Shown here: in pieces, positions 19,308 through 28,966 of the stretch
Layout of the letters: every line of letters starts with the position of its first letter
Numbering within the stretch: the first letter of the stretch is position 1
Assembly: GCA_963724215.1 (NCBI GenBank)
Contig: CAVRTZ010000008.1
Location: forward strand, 130,378-194,377
Length of the DNA stretch: 64,000 nucleotides
Source: an uncultured Ignavibacteria bacterium
GTDB lineage: Bacteria > Bacteroidota > Ignavibacteria > UBA10030 > SZUA-254
Reading direction: 5' to 3'
Notes under the pieces: model-generated
Told to the model about the DNA's origin: nothing
What the model saw: only the letters and a program-made list of their open reading frames with translations
The model's database searches: none
Position numbers and translations under genes: made by a program

Positions 19308-19715
19308 CTATTGTTCGCACTTTACCCTCCGGTAAGGAAAGTCAGCCCCCCGCTCCCTGCCGTCGATCGTGCCTTCAACCCTTGCGGAGAGCGAATCGCG
19401 CGTCACGAACCGGAAAATCGCCTCGTTTTGCCCCGACGGCTGCGCGAGATAATGGACCGATCCGTCATCGGCACGTTTCAGCCGGACGCTCTCGGACTCG
19501 ATGGTCTTCCCGTTCTTCACCGTGCGGGACATCCCCATCATCAGGTCCCCCATCGGCTTCATCCACGGCTCGGAGACGATCCGGCCGTTGGCGTACGTCC
19601 CTTCCCGGCAACCGGCGAGCCAGCCGAGCGAATCCAGGTCGTTCCCCGCCGATTGGGAGAATGCGGAAGGCGCGACCATGGTTGAATGCGCGAGAATGAC
19701 GAACAGGGGCTTCAT
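19308..19715 (-). CDS. small secreted protein (possibly DUF6265-like)
   Basis: 135-aa ORF with signal peptide MKPLFVILAHSTMVAPSAFS. Family call is weak. Confidence 0.4.
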   Translation of the reverse strand: MKPLFVILAHSTMVAPSAFSQSAGNDLDSLGWLAGCREGTYANGRIVSEPWMKPMGDLMMGMSRTVKNGKTIESESVRLKRADDGSVHYLAQPSGQNEAIFRFVTRDSLSARVEGTIDGRERGADFPYRRVKCEQ

Positions 19716-19762
19716 GGCAGACTCCGAACGATGATCATCGTGTCGAGTGGCGGGTCCGGGAA

Positions 19763-20395
19763 TCAGCGCTCCGGTTCTATCGAATACAGCACATACCCCT
19801 GCAGCTGGTAATTGGACAACACCGTCTGGGCCGTGAGCGATATTTTCACCGCCGGCAGGAGGTCTTCTTTTGCGAACTCGAAATACGCCATGGCCTGACC
19901 GCAGACGATGAACTTCGCCCCCGCGTTCTCCAGGTCCCGGACGATGTTCAGGTTCGGGTTATCGACGGAATGTTTCTTCCTGTAACCCTCCCGGGACGTC
20001 ACGGCCTCGATGCCGGGGCCGTGGATCACGATGACCGGAACGAGTTTCGCGGCCGGTATGCCCGAAGCGACATGCAGGTTCAGCACCCGGGCCACTTCGT
20101 CGAGCCCGCTGTTGATTTCACCGGCCAGCGAATCGGGGTTTTTCGCGATGAACTCGAACAACAATTTATACTCCCGGTCCGGGTCGGGAACCTCCGTCGG
20201 GTTCGCGACGGGAATGACGCCGCTCCATTTGCTCCCCTTGATGTACGGATACTGGGCGACGGCGAAAAGCCCCGCCAACCTGACCGAGTCCCGGACCATG
20301 ATGGCGCGCCCGAGGCTGTCGGCCGGGGGGGCCTGGGCGGATGAGATCGACAGCGCCGATCCGGCCATGACGATGAGGGACAAGAGTTTTCTCAT
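19763..20395 (-). CDS. exported DsrE/DsrF-like family protein
   Basis: ORF 19763..20449 trimmed to MRKLLSLIVMAGSALSISSAQA. VIVIHGPGIEAV ... AGAKFIVCGQAMAYF resembles the DsrE/YchN fold. Confidence 0.55.
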   Translation of the reverse strand: MRKLLSLIVMAGSALSISSAQAPPADSLGRAIMVRDSVRLAGLFAVAQYPYIKGSKWSGVIPVANPTEVPDPDREYKLLFEFIAKNPDSLAGEINSGLDEVARVLNLHVASGIPAAKLVPVIVIHGPGIEAVTSREGYRKKHSVDNPNLNIVRDLENAGAKFIVCGQAMAYFEFAKEDLLPAVKISLTAQTVLSNYQLQGYVLYSIEPER

Positions 20396-20547
20396 GATGG
20401 TCTCTGGTTGAAGGGTTGGACAACGGGCCCGGGCGCGACCGTGAGACACGTCATCGGCGGGATGAAACCCAATGTACCAAAATGTCCGGTGGGATGTACC
20501 CTGGCGTCCGGTTTTTTTATCACTGAAAATATTCCAACATTCAGGCC

Positions 20548-21062
20548 ATGACCCTCCATACCCTCACCCGGCGACAGTTCGTGCCGGCGCCGCCCGAAAC
20601 GGTGTTCGGCTTCTTTTCGCGGCCCGAAAACCTCTCGAAGCTGACCCCTCCCGACCTGGGTTTCGTCATCCTCACGCCCTCGCCGATCGAAATGAAGAAG
20701 GACGCGCTGATCGATTACACGATCCGCCTCCTCGGGATCAGGGTGCGCTGGACCACGATCATCACGGCATACGAGCGGGGCGCTCCTTCGTGGACGAACA
20801 GCTGAAGGGCCCGTACTCATACTGGCAGCATTCGCACGACTTTGAAGCCGTCCCGGGCGGAACGATGGTGCGGGACCGGATCCGGTACGCGCTCCCCTTC
20901 GGGCCGGCCGGGCGGTTCGTCCATTCGGTGGCGGTCAGGAGACGGCTCGAGGAGATTTTTAACTACAGGGCGCGCGTGATCGACGGGACCTTCGGTGAGC
21001 GGGGAACGGACGTCGTGGCCGATGGACAACCGGGAATCGCCGGGGGGAGGCTTTCGCGATGA
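20548..21062 (+). pseudogene. SRPBCC (cyclase/dehydrase-like) protein; one frame break
   Basis: MTLHTLTRRQFVPAPPETVFGFFSRPENLSKLTPP ... is followed, after the G4 run at 20777-20780, by SFVDEQLKGPYSYWQHSHDFEAVPGGTMVRD in the next frame (ORF 20472..21062). This is the usual upstream partner of TIGR01777-type genes. Confidence 0.7.
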
Positions 21063-21976
21063 AGATCCTGCTCTCCGGATGCACCGGGTTTATCGGCGGC
21101 CGGCTCACGAAGGAACTGGCCCTTGAAGGCCACGATCTCGTATCCCTGACGCGGAGGACGGACCATTCGGGGCGCTTTTCCGCGAAGAATGTCAGGTACG
21201 TGACGTGGAATGGTCGCGACGCCGGTCCGCTCGCCGGCCTCGTGAACGGGGCGGATGCCGTCTTCAATTTCGCCGGCGAATCGATCGCCAGGGGACGGTG
21301 GAGCGACGCGCGGAAGAAAATACTGGTCGCGAGCCGCGTCGGGCCGACCGCGGCGATCGTCGGGGCGATCGCGAAGGCGGAATCGAAGCCGAGGGTGCTG
21401 GTGAACGCGTCGGCCGTCGGCTACTATGGGAACGTGGACGAGGGCGACGTGCCGGAAGGGCGCCCGGCGGGCGAAGGGTTCCTCGCGTCGCTCTGCGTGG
21501 AGTGGGAAAGGGCGGCGAACCACGCGGAGGCGCTCGGCCTGCGCGTCGTGACGCTGCGCATCGGGTTCGTGGTCGGCGGAAAGGGGAGCGCGCTCGGGAG
21601 GATGGCGCTGCCCTTCCGGATGTTCGTCGGCGGGCCGATCGGCACCGGGCGTCAATGGCTCCCCTGGGTTCACGTCTCGGACGTCACGGGCGCCGCGCGC
21701 TTCGCCCTGGCCGCGGAACAGTTGCGCGGACCCGTGAACGTCGTCGCCCCGCAACAGTCGCGGATGAAGGAGTTCTCCTCCGCGCTGGGCGCGGCGATGG
21801 GACGGCCTTCGTGGGCGCCGGTCCCGGGGTTCGTCGTCCGATTGCTCCTCGGCGAGCTGGCGGACATGGTCCTGGGCGGTCAGAAGGTGGTCCCGTCGGT
21901 CCTCCTGAAGGCCGGGTACGGTTTCCGGCATCCCGGGTTGACGACCGCGCTCGACGACGCCTTGAAAAAAGCCTGA
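21059..21976 (+). CDS. TIGR01777/YfcH-type NAD-dependent epimerase-family protein (DUF1731 tail)
   Basis: 305-aa ORF whose start overlaps the previous stop. Rossmann motif LLSGCTGFIGGRL; the C-terminus is QKVVPSVLLKAGYGFRHP. Confidence 0.85.
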   Translation: MKILLSGCTGFIGGRLTKELALEGHDLVSLTRRTDHSGRFSAKNVRYVTWNGRDAGPLAGLVNGADAVFNFAGESIARGRWSDARKKILVASRVGPTAAIVGAIAKAESKPRVLVNASAVGYYGNVDEGDVPEGRPAGEGFLASLCVEWERAANHAEALGLRVVTLRIGFVVGGKGSALGRMALPFRMFVGGPIGTGRQWLPWVHVSDVTGAARFALAAEQLRGPVNVVAPQQSRMKEFSSALGAAMGRPSWAPVPGFVVRLLLGELADMVLGGQKVVPSVLLKAGYGFRHPGLTTALDDALKKA

Positions 21977-21982
21977 AAGACG

Positions 21983-22933
21983 ATGGAAGAACGGATACGG
22001 ATCGGCGTCAGCACCTGCCTCCTCGGGGAGCACGTGCGCTACGACGGCGGCCACAAGCACGACCGGTTTCTCACCGACGTCTTCGGCCCGTACGTCGAGT
22101 GGGTTTCCGTCTGCCCCGAGCTCGAGGCGGGCATGGGGGTGCCGAGGGAAGCGGTGAGGCTGGTCGGGCCGTCGTCCGCCCCGAACATGGTCGGCGTCGA
22201 TTCGGGCGAGGACTGGACGGAGAGGATGCTCGCATACTCCGACCGCCGCGTGGCGCAGCTCGGGAAGATGAACCTCTCCGGTTACGTGCTGAAGAGCAGG
22301 TCGCCGTCGTGCGGAATGGAGCGCGTGAAGGTGTACAGCCGGAAAGGAATGGCGGAAAAGGACGGAACCGGCCTTTTTGCCGCCGTCCTGATCAAGGGCC
22401 ATCCGCTCCTGCCCGTGGAAGAGGAGGGGAGGCTGAACGATCCGCACCTGAGGGACAATTTCATCGTGAGGGTCTTCGCGTACCACCGGCTGTCAACATT
22501 GATGGACGGAAAGTTCTCCCTTGGAAAGCTGGTCGAATTCCACACCGCGGAAAAGTACCTGCTCCTGGCGCACAGCCCGAAGCACTATCGCGAACTCGGC
22601 CCGCTCGTCGCCGGCGCGAAGAAGATGCAGGTTGCGGAGCTGAAAGAACGGTACACGACGCTCTACATGGAATGCCTGAAGGTGATGAGCACCGTCAAAA
22701 AGAACGTCAACGTGCTCCAGCACATCGTGGGCTTCCTCCCCGAAGCGGTTCCGGCCGGTGAGAGGAAGGAAATCCTGCGGGTGGTCGAGGACTACCGGCT
22801 GGGGTTCGTGCCGCTGGTGGTGCCGGTGACGCTCCTGCGCCACTACGTCCGTGCCCACTCGATCGACTACATCCGGAACCAGGTATACCTCGACCCGCAC
22901 CCGAAGGAACTGATGCTCCGGAACCACGTCTGA
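21983..22933 (+). CDS. DUF523 + DUF1722 protein (YbgA/TudS family)
   Basis: 316-aa ORF. IGVSTCLLGEHVRYDGGHK and SPSCG are DUF523 blocks. The C-terminal half (HTAEKYLLLAHSPKHYRELG) is DUF1722-like. Confidence 0.8.
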   Translation: MEERIRIGVSTCLLGEHVRYDGGHKHDRFLTDVFGPYVEWVSVCPELEAGMGVPREAVRLVGPSSAPNMVGVDSGEDWTERMLAYSDRRVAQLGKMNLSGYVLKSRSPSCGMERVKVYSRKGMAEKDGTGLFAAVLIKGHPLLPVEEEGRLNDPHLRDNFIVRVFAYHRLSTLMDGKFSLGKLVEFHTAEKYLLLAHSPKHYRELGPLVAGAKKMQVAELKERYTTLYMECLKVMSTVKKNVNVLQHIVGFLPEAVPAGERKEILRVVEDYRLGFVPLVVPVTLLRHYVRAHSIDYIRNQVYLDPHPKELMLRNHV

Positions 22934-23009
22934 GGGGATGTTCCGATGGGGGGCGGGGGTGAGGGTGCGCGACGGATCCGCCCGCGGGTGGAGCCGGTTG
23001 ATACGAATA

Positions 23010-23594
23010 CTACCCTTTGGGGCGGGGACGGGCCTGACGCCGGAAGCAGGACGCGACGTGGTCGTCGACCATCCCGCACGCCTGCATGAACGCGTAACAG
23101 ATGGTCGAGCCGACGAACGTGAACCCCCGCTTCTTCAGGTCCCTGCTCATCGCCTCCGAGACGGGCGTGGCGGCGGGGATGTCGTTCATCGTCCGGCGCC
23201 TGTTGACGACAGGTTTTCCGCCGGCGAGCCCCCAGAGGTAGTCGTCGAAGGAACCGAATTCCTCCATGACCCGGAGGTACGCGCGAGCGTTCTTCACGAC
23301 CCCCTCCACTTTGAGCCTGTTCCGAACGATCCCCTCGTCCTTCAACAGGCGTTCGATCTTTCCCCGGTCGTACCGGGCGATTTTCTTCGGGTCGAAGTCA
23401 TCGAACGCCTTCCGGTAGTTTTCCCTCTTCCGCAGGATCGTGATCCAGCTGAGACCGGCCTGCGCCCCCTCCAGGCAGAGCATTTCGAACAGGCGCCGGT
23501 CGTCGTGGAGCGGGACGCCCCACTCCTCGTCGTGGTATCGGACATACAACGGGTCGTCGCCGGCCCAGCCGCACCGCTTCCGTTCGGTGTCCAT
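23010..23594 (-). CDS. tag: DNA-3-methyladenine glycosylase I
   Basis: 194-aa ORF. RCGWAGDDPLYVRYHDEEWGVPLHDDRRLFEMLCLEGAQAGLSWITILRKRENY closely matches the Tag family pattern. Confidence 0.9.
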   Translation of the reverse strand: MDTERKRCGWAGDDPLYVRYHDEEWGVPLHDDRRLFEMLCLEGAQAGLSWITILRKRENYRKAFDDFDPKKIARYDRGKIERLLKDEGIVRNRLKVEGVVKNARAYLRVMEEFGSFDDYLWGLAGGKPVVNRRRTMNDIPAATPVSEAMSRDLKKRGFTFVGSTICYAFMQACGMVDDHVASCFRRQARPRPKG

Positions 23595-23596
23595 CG

Positions 23597-24544
23597 TCAG
23601 GGGGTGGCGCCGGGGGGTGTGTCGAGGAGCTTATGTTTGCCCTCGTGGTCCTCGATCGGTTCCATGTGGGTCGTCACGGTGCAGGGCACCTTCAGGTTCC
23701 GGTGGAGGATCGCCTCGATCTCGGTCGTCTGGTCGTGGGCGTCCTCGATGCTGGTGCCCGAGGGGAAGAGCAGGTGGAAATCGATCCAGACGGAGTTCCC
23801 GCTCTTGCGGTGCCGCAACTCGTGGTACTCAAGGGAGCGCTTCTTCGTTTCGGCGTCGAGGATCGCGCGGACGTCCCGGTCCACGCCGGGGTCCACCTCG
23901 TCCATCAGTCCGCCGACCGAGAGGCGGATCAGTTTGCCCCCCGACCAGAGGATGTTCAGGGCCACCACGATCGCGAGAATGGGATCGAACGGGAGCCAGT
24001 CGGTGAGCAACACCAGGACCAGTCCGCCCACCACGCCGAAGCTCGTCCAGGAATCGGTGAGGACGTGTTTGCCGTTCGCGATCAGGATGAGAGATTGGTG
24101 GCGCTTCCCCTTCCAGACGAGGTAGAAGCCGAGCACCGCGTTCACCGCGGAGGCGGCGGCGACGATCATCGTTCCGTCGTCGAGGTTCTCGAGCTGGAGG
24201 CCCCGGACCCACTTGAGGACCGATTCGACGATGATGAAGAGCGCGGCGACGACGATCAGCCCGCCCTCGATCCCTGCCGAGAAGAAGCTGACCTTGTCGT
24301 GCCCGTAGGGGTGGTCGGTGTCGGGCGGTTTGAAGCTGAGCCACATGCTGAACGCCGCGAAGCCGACGGCGAGCACGTGGACGACCGACTCCGCCGCGTC
24401 CGAAAGGATCGCGGCGGAACCGGTGAGGAGGTACGCGTACGACTTCCCGGCGAGCATGAGCACGCCGACGGCGAGCGAAAGCCGCATCGCGAACTTCTGT
24501 TCAGCGGCCGAGGCGGGCCCGGTCGGGACGGGTTCGGTGCTCAT
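23597..24544 (-). CDS. cation diffusion facilitator (CDF) family transporter, second copy
   Basis: 315-aa ORF with six TM helices. Motifs are ILSDAAESVVH, DHPYGHDK and HVLTDSW, with a C-terminal cytoplasmic domain. Confidence 0.85.
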   Translation of the reverse strand: MSTEPVPTGPASAAEQKFAMRLSLAVGVLMLAGKSYAYLLTGSAAILSDAAESVVHVLAVGFAAFSMWLSFKPPDTDHPYGHDKVSFFSAGIEGGLIVVAALFIIVESVLKWVRGLQLENLDDGTMIVAAASAVNAVLGFYLVWKGKRHQSLILIANGKHVLTDSWTSFGVVGGLVLVLLTDWLPFDPILAIVVALNILWSGGKLIRLSVGGLMDEVDPGVDRDVRAILDAETKKRSLEYHELRHRKSGNSVWIDFHLLFPSGTSIEDAHDQTTEIEAILHRNLKVPCTVTTHMEPIEDHEGKHKLLDTPPGATP

Positions 24545-24570
24545 CGCGGCTCCGTCACTCGTCGCCGGGG

Positions 24571-25182
24571 TTACCGGTGTTCCTGCGCCCTCGTGTAGAC
24601 GATCTCCCCGGCCTTGACGGGCGCGCCCTTCGCGGGAAACTCGTGCATCTCGAAGACGAACTTGTCCTTGCTGACCGTCCGGAGCACGTACTGGATCTTC
24701 TTGTCCTTTTCGCCGGTGAAGGGATCGTCCGCCTTGCCGGTCATCGTCAGCACCGCGCCGGCGGCGTCGAAGCCTCCGGCGGCCGTGAACATGCCGGTGG
24801 AGGTGTTGTCGATCCAGAACATCGTGTAGGTCTTCTTGAGGTTGTCGTAGCCGGTCATGCCCAGTCCGTCCATCGGCATGCCCATGAAATATCCCTGGAA
24901 ATCCTGCCGCAGGAACCGGCCGCCGAAGGCCCAGACGTTCCTCGAAACACCCTTGCTGACTGCGGGCGGCTTGTCAGGACCGTCCATCCAGAACGACGAC
25001 TCGGTGTCCCAGGTCCCGACGAAGGCGTCGAGCTTCTTGTGGTTTTGGTTGGGCGAAGACGCTTCGATGAATTTCATCATCGCGTCGTCCATCGCCGGCG
25101 GGGGCGGGGGAGGCGTGTCCTGCGCCGAGGCGCGGGCCGTGACGACGAGGGCGAAAGCCGTAAGAACGGTGCTGAGTTTCAT
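24571..25182 (-). CDS. secreted DUF1579-like protein
   Basis: 203-aa ORF with a signal peptide and poly-Pro linker, then FVGTWDTESSFWM ... GMTGYDNLKKTYTMFWIDNTSTG, typical of DUF1579. Confidence 0.6.
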   Translation of the reverse strand: MKLSTVLTAFALVVTARASAQDTPPPPPPAMDDAMMKFIEASSPNQNHKKLDAFVGTWDTESSFWMDGPDKPPAVSKGVSRNVWAFGGRFLRQDFQGYFMGMPMDGLGMTGYDNLKKTYTMFWIDNTSTGMFTAAGGFDAAGAVLTMTGKADDPFTGEKDKKIQYVLRTVSKDKFVFEMHEFPAKGAPVKAGEIVYTRAQEHR

Positions 25183-25282
25183 GGGGATGTCCTTTAATGG
25201 TGAATGTGGCGGTTGTTGACGGGAACTGAACGTACGGCGGATGATGGTCTGAAAAATTACTAAAATTCCGGACGGGGCGCAA

Positions 25283-25306
25283 CCGGGGGGACCGGTGACC
25301 CCCCGG
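25283..25306 (-). terminator. GC-rich hairpin just downstream of the LMF-fusion gene
   Basis: CCGGGGGG-ACCGGTGA-CCCCCCGG forms a perfect 8-bp stem 7 nt after the stop at 25313. Only a loose T-rich stretch follows on the minus strand. Confidence 0.45.
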
Positions 25307-25312
25307 CGGCGC

Positions 25313-27269
25313 TTACCGCCCGTCGAGCGAAAAAGGCGGCAGATAGGTGGAATTGAGGGTCCTCACCCACGTGGCGCCGGTGGCCTCGCGCTCCGCGGGC
25401 GTGGCGTACCGGTACTCGTAGAGGAGCGCGCGCACAAACACGGGCGGACGGTCCGGAAACGGGTTTCCGTCCAGGAGCCCGATCACCTCCGGCGAACCTT
25501 CCATCAACCTGATCGCAAGGTTGACGAGCCACCCGTTCTCCCGGTAATTCCCCAGCGCGGCGAACCACATCTGCCAGTCGAGACGCGGCTGGTGGGGCGC
25601 CACCCAGGGGAGCGGCCTCGAGACGCCGCCGGGCTTGTAGCGGAATTCGTAGGGAGTCCAGTTCGTCCGGTCGAGGCTCCCCTCGAGGACGATCTCGGGA
25701 CGCTTCGTCGTCATCACGCGGAAGAGGCCGTAACCGTTCACGACATGGTAATGGGAGGCCCACGCCGAAATCGACGCCACCGTCGCGGGCCACCAGGAGC
25801 GTGGAAGGACGAGGCCGGCGACCTGGTTGAAGTTCAGCAGGAGCATCAGCGAGAACGCCCCGATGCCGACGGCGCCGTGGAGGCGCCGGAGGGCGGACAG
25901 GCCGACGGCCGTCCCCGGCCGCCCCTGCGCGGGGGGGGCGGCGGGTTTCCCCAATCTCCGCGTGAGGAATCGCGGGATCAGTTTTTTCGTCACGCCATCG
26001 TCGAGCAGGATAAGGCAGAGCATGATCGAAAGCCAGTTGAAGAACGCAAAATTGCCGGTGAGGATGATGATCGCCTGCAACCCGACCAGGAGGAAGGCCC
26101 CGAGGTGCCGGAGTCGCCTCGGGGTGAAGAACAGCAGGGGCGCCCCGATTTCGATGGAGAACATCACGAACGCCGATGCCTGGTGGAACCAGAGCGGGAG
26201 CCGGTGCGCGTACCACGCCGCCGGGGTCGGGAGGCATTGCGTCTGGTAATGAAACGAGAGTGCCGAGAGGTTCCACCAGTTCGGGTCGCCCGCCGCGAGT
26301 TTCACCACGCCCGACATGAACATCAGCCGGAAGGCCAGCAGCCAGAGGAGCCATCGGACGAGCCGCGGTGGCTCCGCGTCGTCGGGGAGTGGGCGGAGAT
26401 ATCCCGGCGGGGCGAAGAAGATCGTCAGGAAACCGGCTTCGAGAAGCAGGACGTCCCACTGGAACTGGAGGAAGACCTGCCCCGCGACGGCGAGCGAAAA
26501 GTAGAGCGCCCAGCACGCGAACGCCGAAACCCTCGGCGCGATTCCAACCAGCAACAGCCCGGCCGACGCCATTCCGGCCACGCACAGTCCGGTGAGGAAC
26601 CCGTCCCCCGGGTCGAACCACGCGAGCGTGGGATAGAGAAGGGCGCCCGCGCTCCCGAGCTGCGCGTGCACTGCGTCGAGGAACATCGCCGCGGGTGAAA
26701 TCCCCCCGGAGCCGACGAGCCCGAGGATCTGCGAGCCGAGGGAGGCGAAGGCGATCCCGTACACCACGGCCATCCCCCTGAGGAAAAGCCATCGACCGGC
26801 GGCGAAGCCGGGCGAGACGACGGATTTTCCCCAGAGCACCCGGGTCACCAGGTACATCTCGTCACGGTGGCCGGCCACCGACCGGTAGACGGCCTCGGCG
26901 ATTTCCCGGAACACCGGAAATTTTATTATGGAGGAGGAGAAGGATGCGCCCGGCCGTGGATGTCCCGATCGCCGTCAACACGGCGCGCGCGCCGGTGAGG
27001 TAGCGAACCGTCGGGAAGGATGAGGACGACGCTTTTCCTGAATTCCTCAGGGGGTATGGCCGGTCGGAACGCCGGAGCCCCGGTCCCGGCCGCGACGCGC
27101 GACCGGCGCCATCATCCGGCGCGTCGGGGGGATCGACGCGAGCCGCGTATTCGGCCGACGTCACGTATTCGACGCTGTCGCCCGTGATGGTTTTCCACCG
27201 GTCGATCCACATCCGGCAGAACGCGCACTGTCCGTCGTAGACCAGGAGAGGTTTGTCTGGAGTGTTCAT
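25313..27269 (-). pseudogene. DCC1-like thiol-disulfide oxidoreductase (DUF393) fused to a lipase-maturation-factor (LMF) membrane domain; about three frame breaks in the DUF393 part
   Basis: The N-terminus is MNTPDKPLLVYDGQCAFCRMWIDRW at 27269. EEFRKSVVLILPDG, RYLTGARAVLTAIG and FREIAEAVYRSVAGHR then follow in different frames, with switches near 27100, near 27007 and in the T4 run 26921-26924. From 26914 the 533-aa ORF is a multi-TM LMF-type domain (YGLFRVMTTKRPEI, QPRLDWQMWFAAL). Confidence 0.65.
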
Positions 27270-27281
27270 CGGCGGTAAGGT

Positions 27282-27319
27282 ACAAAATAAAAACTGCCCC
27301 GGAAAAGTTTCCGGGGCAG
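27282..27319 (-). terminator. intrinsic terminator after the outer-membrane barrel gene
   Basis: The minus strand reads CTGCCCCGGAAACTTTTCCGGGGCAG (10-12 bp GC-rich stem) followed by TTTTTATTTTGT. Confidence 0.75.
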
Positions 27320-27330
27320 CCCTTGAAATA

Positions 27331-28021
27331 TCACACGAACACCGGATGCTGGTCCCCGCTCCTCCCGCCCGATCGGATGGTGGTTCAGGCCGGGGACGGG
27401 TCCCGCGGAGAGTGTCAGTCCAGCACCCACTCCGACGCCGATGGCGAACGTGACCCAGCTGAGGTCGCCCTCGTCGTCGGGGATGCCGGTGTAGTCGATG
27501 TGGGCGTCGACCATCATATTGCGGCCGGCCCTGAACTGTGCGCCCACGGCCGGGGCATAACCGAATTTCGAATCGCTGCCGCTGACGGCTCGTGACCGTC
27601 CCGCCGAGGCTGTTCGTCAGATCGCCGGTGGTCGACATGAAGAACATCCCCGCCTCGCCGGTGGCGTAAATCCTCGTGTCGCCCTCGAGGAAATAAACCT
27701 TGAGGCCGCCGAGCAGCGGAACGATCCCGTAATTGGTCTTGATCGTGCCCGGTCACTCCCGAAATCGTTTCGGTGATCTCCTTCCCGCCCGTGAAGATGT
27801 ATCCGGTGCGCGCGGTGACGGCGAACCTCGATGAGAAGGCGTACCCGGCGTAGCCCGTGCCCCCGACGCCGAAGCTGGCGATGTCCTTGAAATCACCCAT
27901 CGGCAGCGAGCCCCGGAAATCGAGCCCCCAGATCCAGTGTGAAGTCGACGGTGTCCTGGGCCTTTGCAGGGACCGTGAGAAAGACTGCGAGGAGAAGGAG
28001 AAGAATAATGGCGTTTTTCAT
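27331..28021 (-). pseudogene. outer-membrane beta-barrel protein (OMP_b-brl/OmpW-like); at least three frame breaks, 3' end unresolved
   Basis: Signal peptide MKNAIILLLLLAVFLTVPAKAQ starts at 28021. Barrel-like segments DFRGSLPMGDFKDIASFGVGGTGYAGYAFSSRFAVTARTGYIF, TIKTNYGIVPLLGGLKVYFLEGDTRIYATGEAGMFFM, SKFGYAPAVGAQFRAGRNMMVDAHIDYT and SWVTFAIGVGVGAGLTL lie in alternating frames. Switches are at the C5 run 27925-27929, near 27747 and near 27588. Confidence 0.5.
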
Positions 28022-28180
28022 GGTCATTCCCGTTTGAATTCGCGTAATATGTTTTTAGCCCGCATCCGGGCAGGAAATGTTACTAAATTCCGGCGTCGGA
28101 TTCAACTTTTTCGCCCCCGAGGTTCCCCGTCAGCCGCCTGCGGTCACGCACGTCCCCGTTTTGCGCGCGATGCCGCGCGA

Positions 28181-28777
28181 TCACATCGCGGCGACGGATT
28201 TCTGTTTGATGATGGCCGATATGCCGATCCCGGCGAGCAGCCACGCCGCGATGCTGTCGAACATCATCGCCCTGGTCCAGTCGAAGGACCATCCCAGCCA
28301 GTTCCACTCGGAGAGGTGGCACCCGACGGCGAACAGCGTCCCGATCATCCCGCAGTAGATCACCCTCGAGAGGAACGACTCGCCCACGGCCGTGCTCCTC
28401 GACAGGAGCCACGCGACGATCCCCGCCGTGACCATGAAGATGAGAAGCCCGGAGATCATCTGGTTGACCATGAACGGGTCCTTTCCCGCGGGGTCGAAGA
28501 AGATGAACCCGGTGGGACCTGACTCGTATTTCGCCATGTAGGCGGCCATCGCGGCTTCCTGCTCGGCCGGAGGGAGGTCGGCCGCTTCCTTCGGCATCAG
28601 GGGGAATACGTACACCCCTTTTCCGGGGAGCGAACGGCCGAGCGAAGCGACGATCTCCGCTTCGTTCGGGATCGGTCGCATGGCGGAGAGGTGGAGTGGG
28701 AGGACGACCCAGGAGATGAACCCCCAGACCCAGAGTATAAGCCCCCCGACGATGCCCGCAAAGACGATTCTTTTCAT
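28181..28777 (-). CDS. four-pass membrane protein of unknown function
   Basis: 198-aa ORF. TM helices are at the N-terminus (IVFAGIVGGLILWVWGFISWVVL), in the middle and at the C-terminus. No family recognised. Confidence 0.5.
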   Translation of the reverse strand: MKRIVFAGIVGGLILWVWGFISWVVLPLHLSAMRPIPNEAEIVASLGRSLPGKGVYVFPLMPKEAADLPPAEQEAAMAAYMAKYESGPTGFIFFDPAGKDPFMVNQMISGLLIFMVTAGIVAWLLSRSTAVGESFLSRVIYCGMIGTLFAVGCHLSEWNWLGWSFDWTRAMMFDSIAAWLLAGIGISAIIKQKSVAAM

Positions 28778-28932
28778 TGGCGATCCCTTTCAATGTGGTG
28801 TGCTGTCGGAACCCTCCCAATATAGCCAGAGCCCCGTTGAAGGTAAAGGGGAGGACGGCTGTTATCTTTCCGTAAAGTGGCGTTTCCGGCGTATTTCCGG
28901 GATGATCCCTGATGCGATTGGCCGGCGTCGGC

Positions 28933-28961
28933 TTGATTTGCCAGGAGATTTTCTCTATATA
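28933..28961 (+). promoter_or_regulatory. candidate sigma70-type promoter of DUF1800/DUF1501 copy 1
   Basis: TTGATT (28933-28938), a 17-nt spacer, then TATATA (28956-28961). It lies about 135 nt upstream of the ATG at 29095. Confidence 0.3.
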
Positions 28962-28966
28962 TAATG

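Noticed and set aside
27266-27547. ORF that carries the barrel-protein C-terminus through to an ATGA overlap with the DUF393 start at 27269, suggesting translational coupling.
   Set aside because: This reading would pass straight through a canonical intrinsic terminator (27282-27319). The tail FQGLPRKLFRGSFYFVPYRR is not barrel-like, so the overlap is probably fortuitous and the true stop is masked by an indel.
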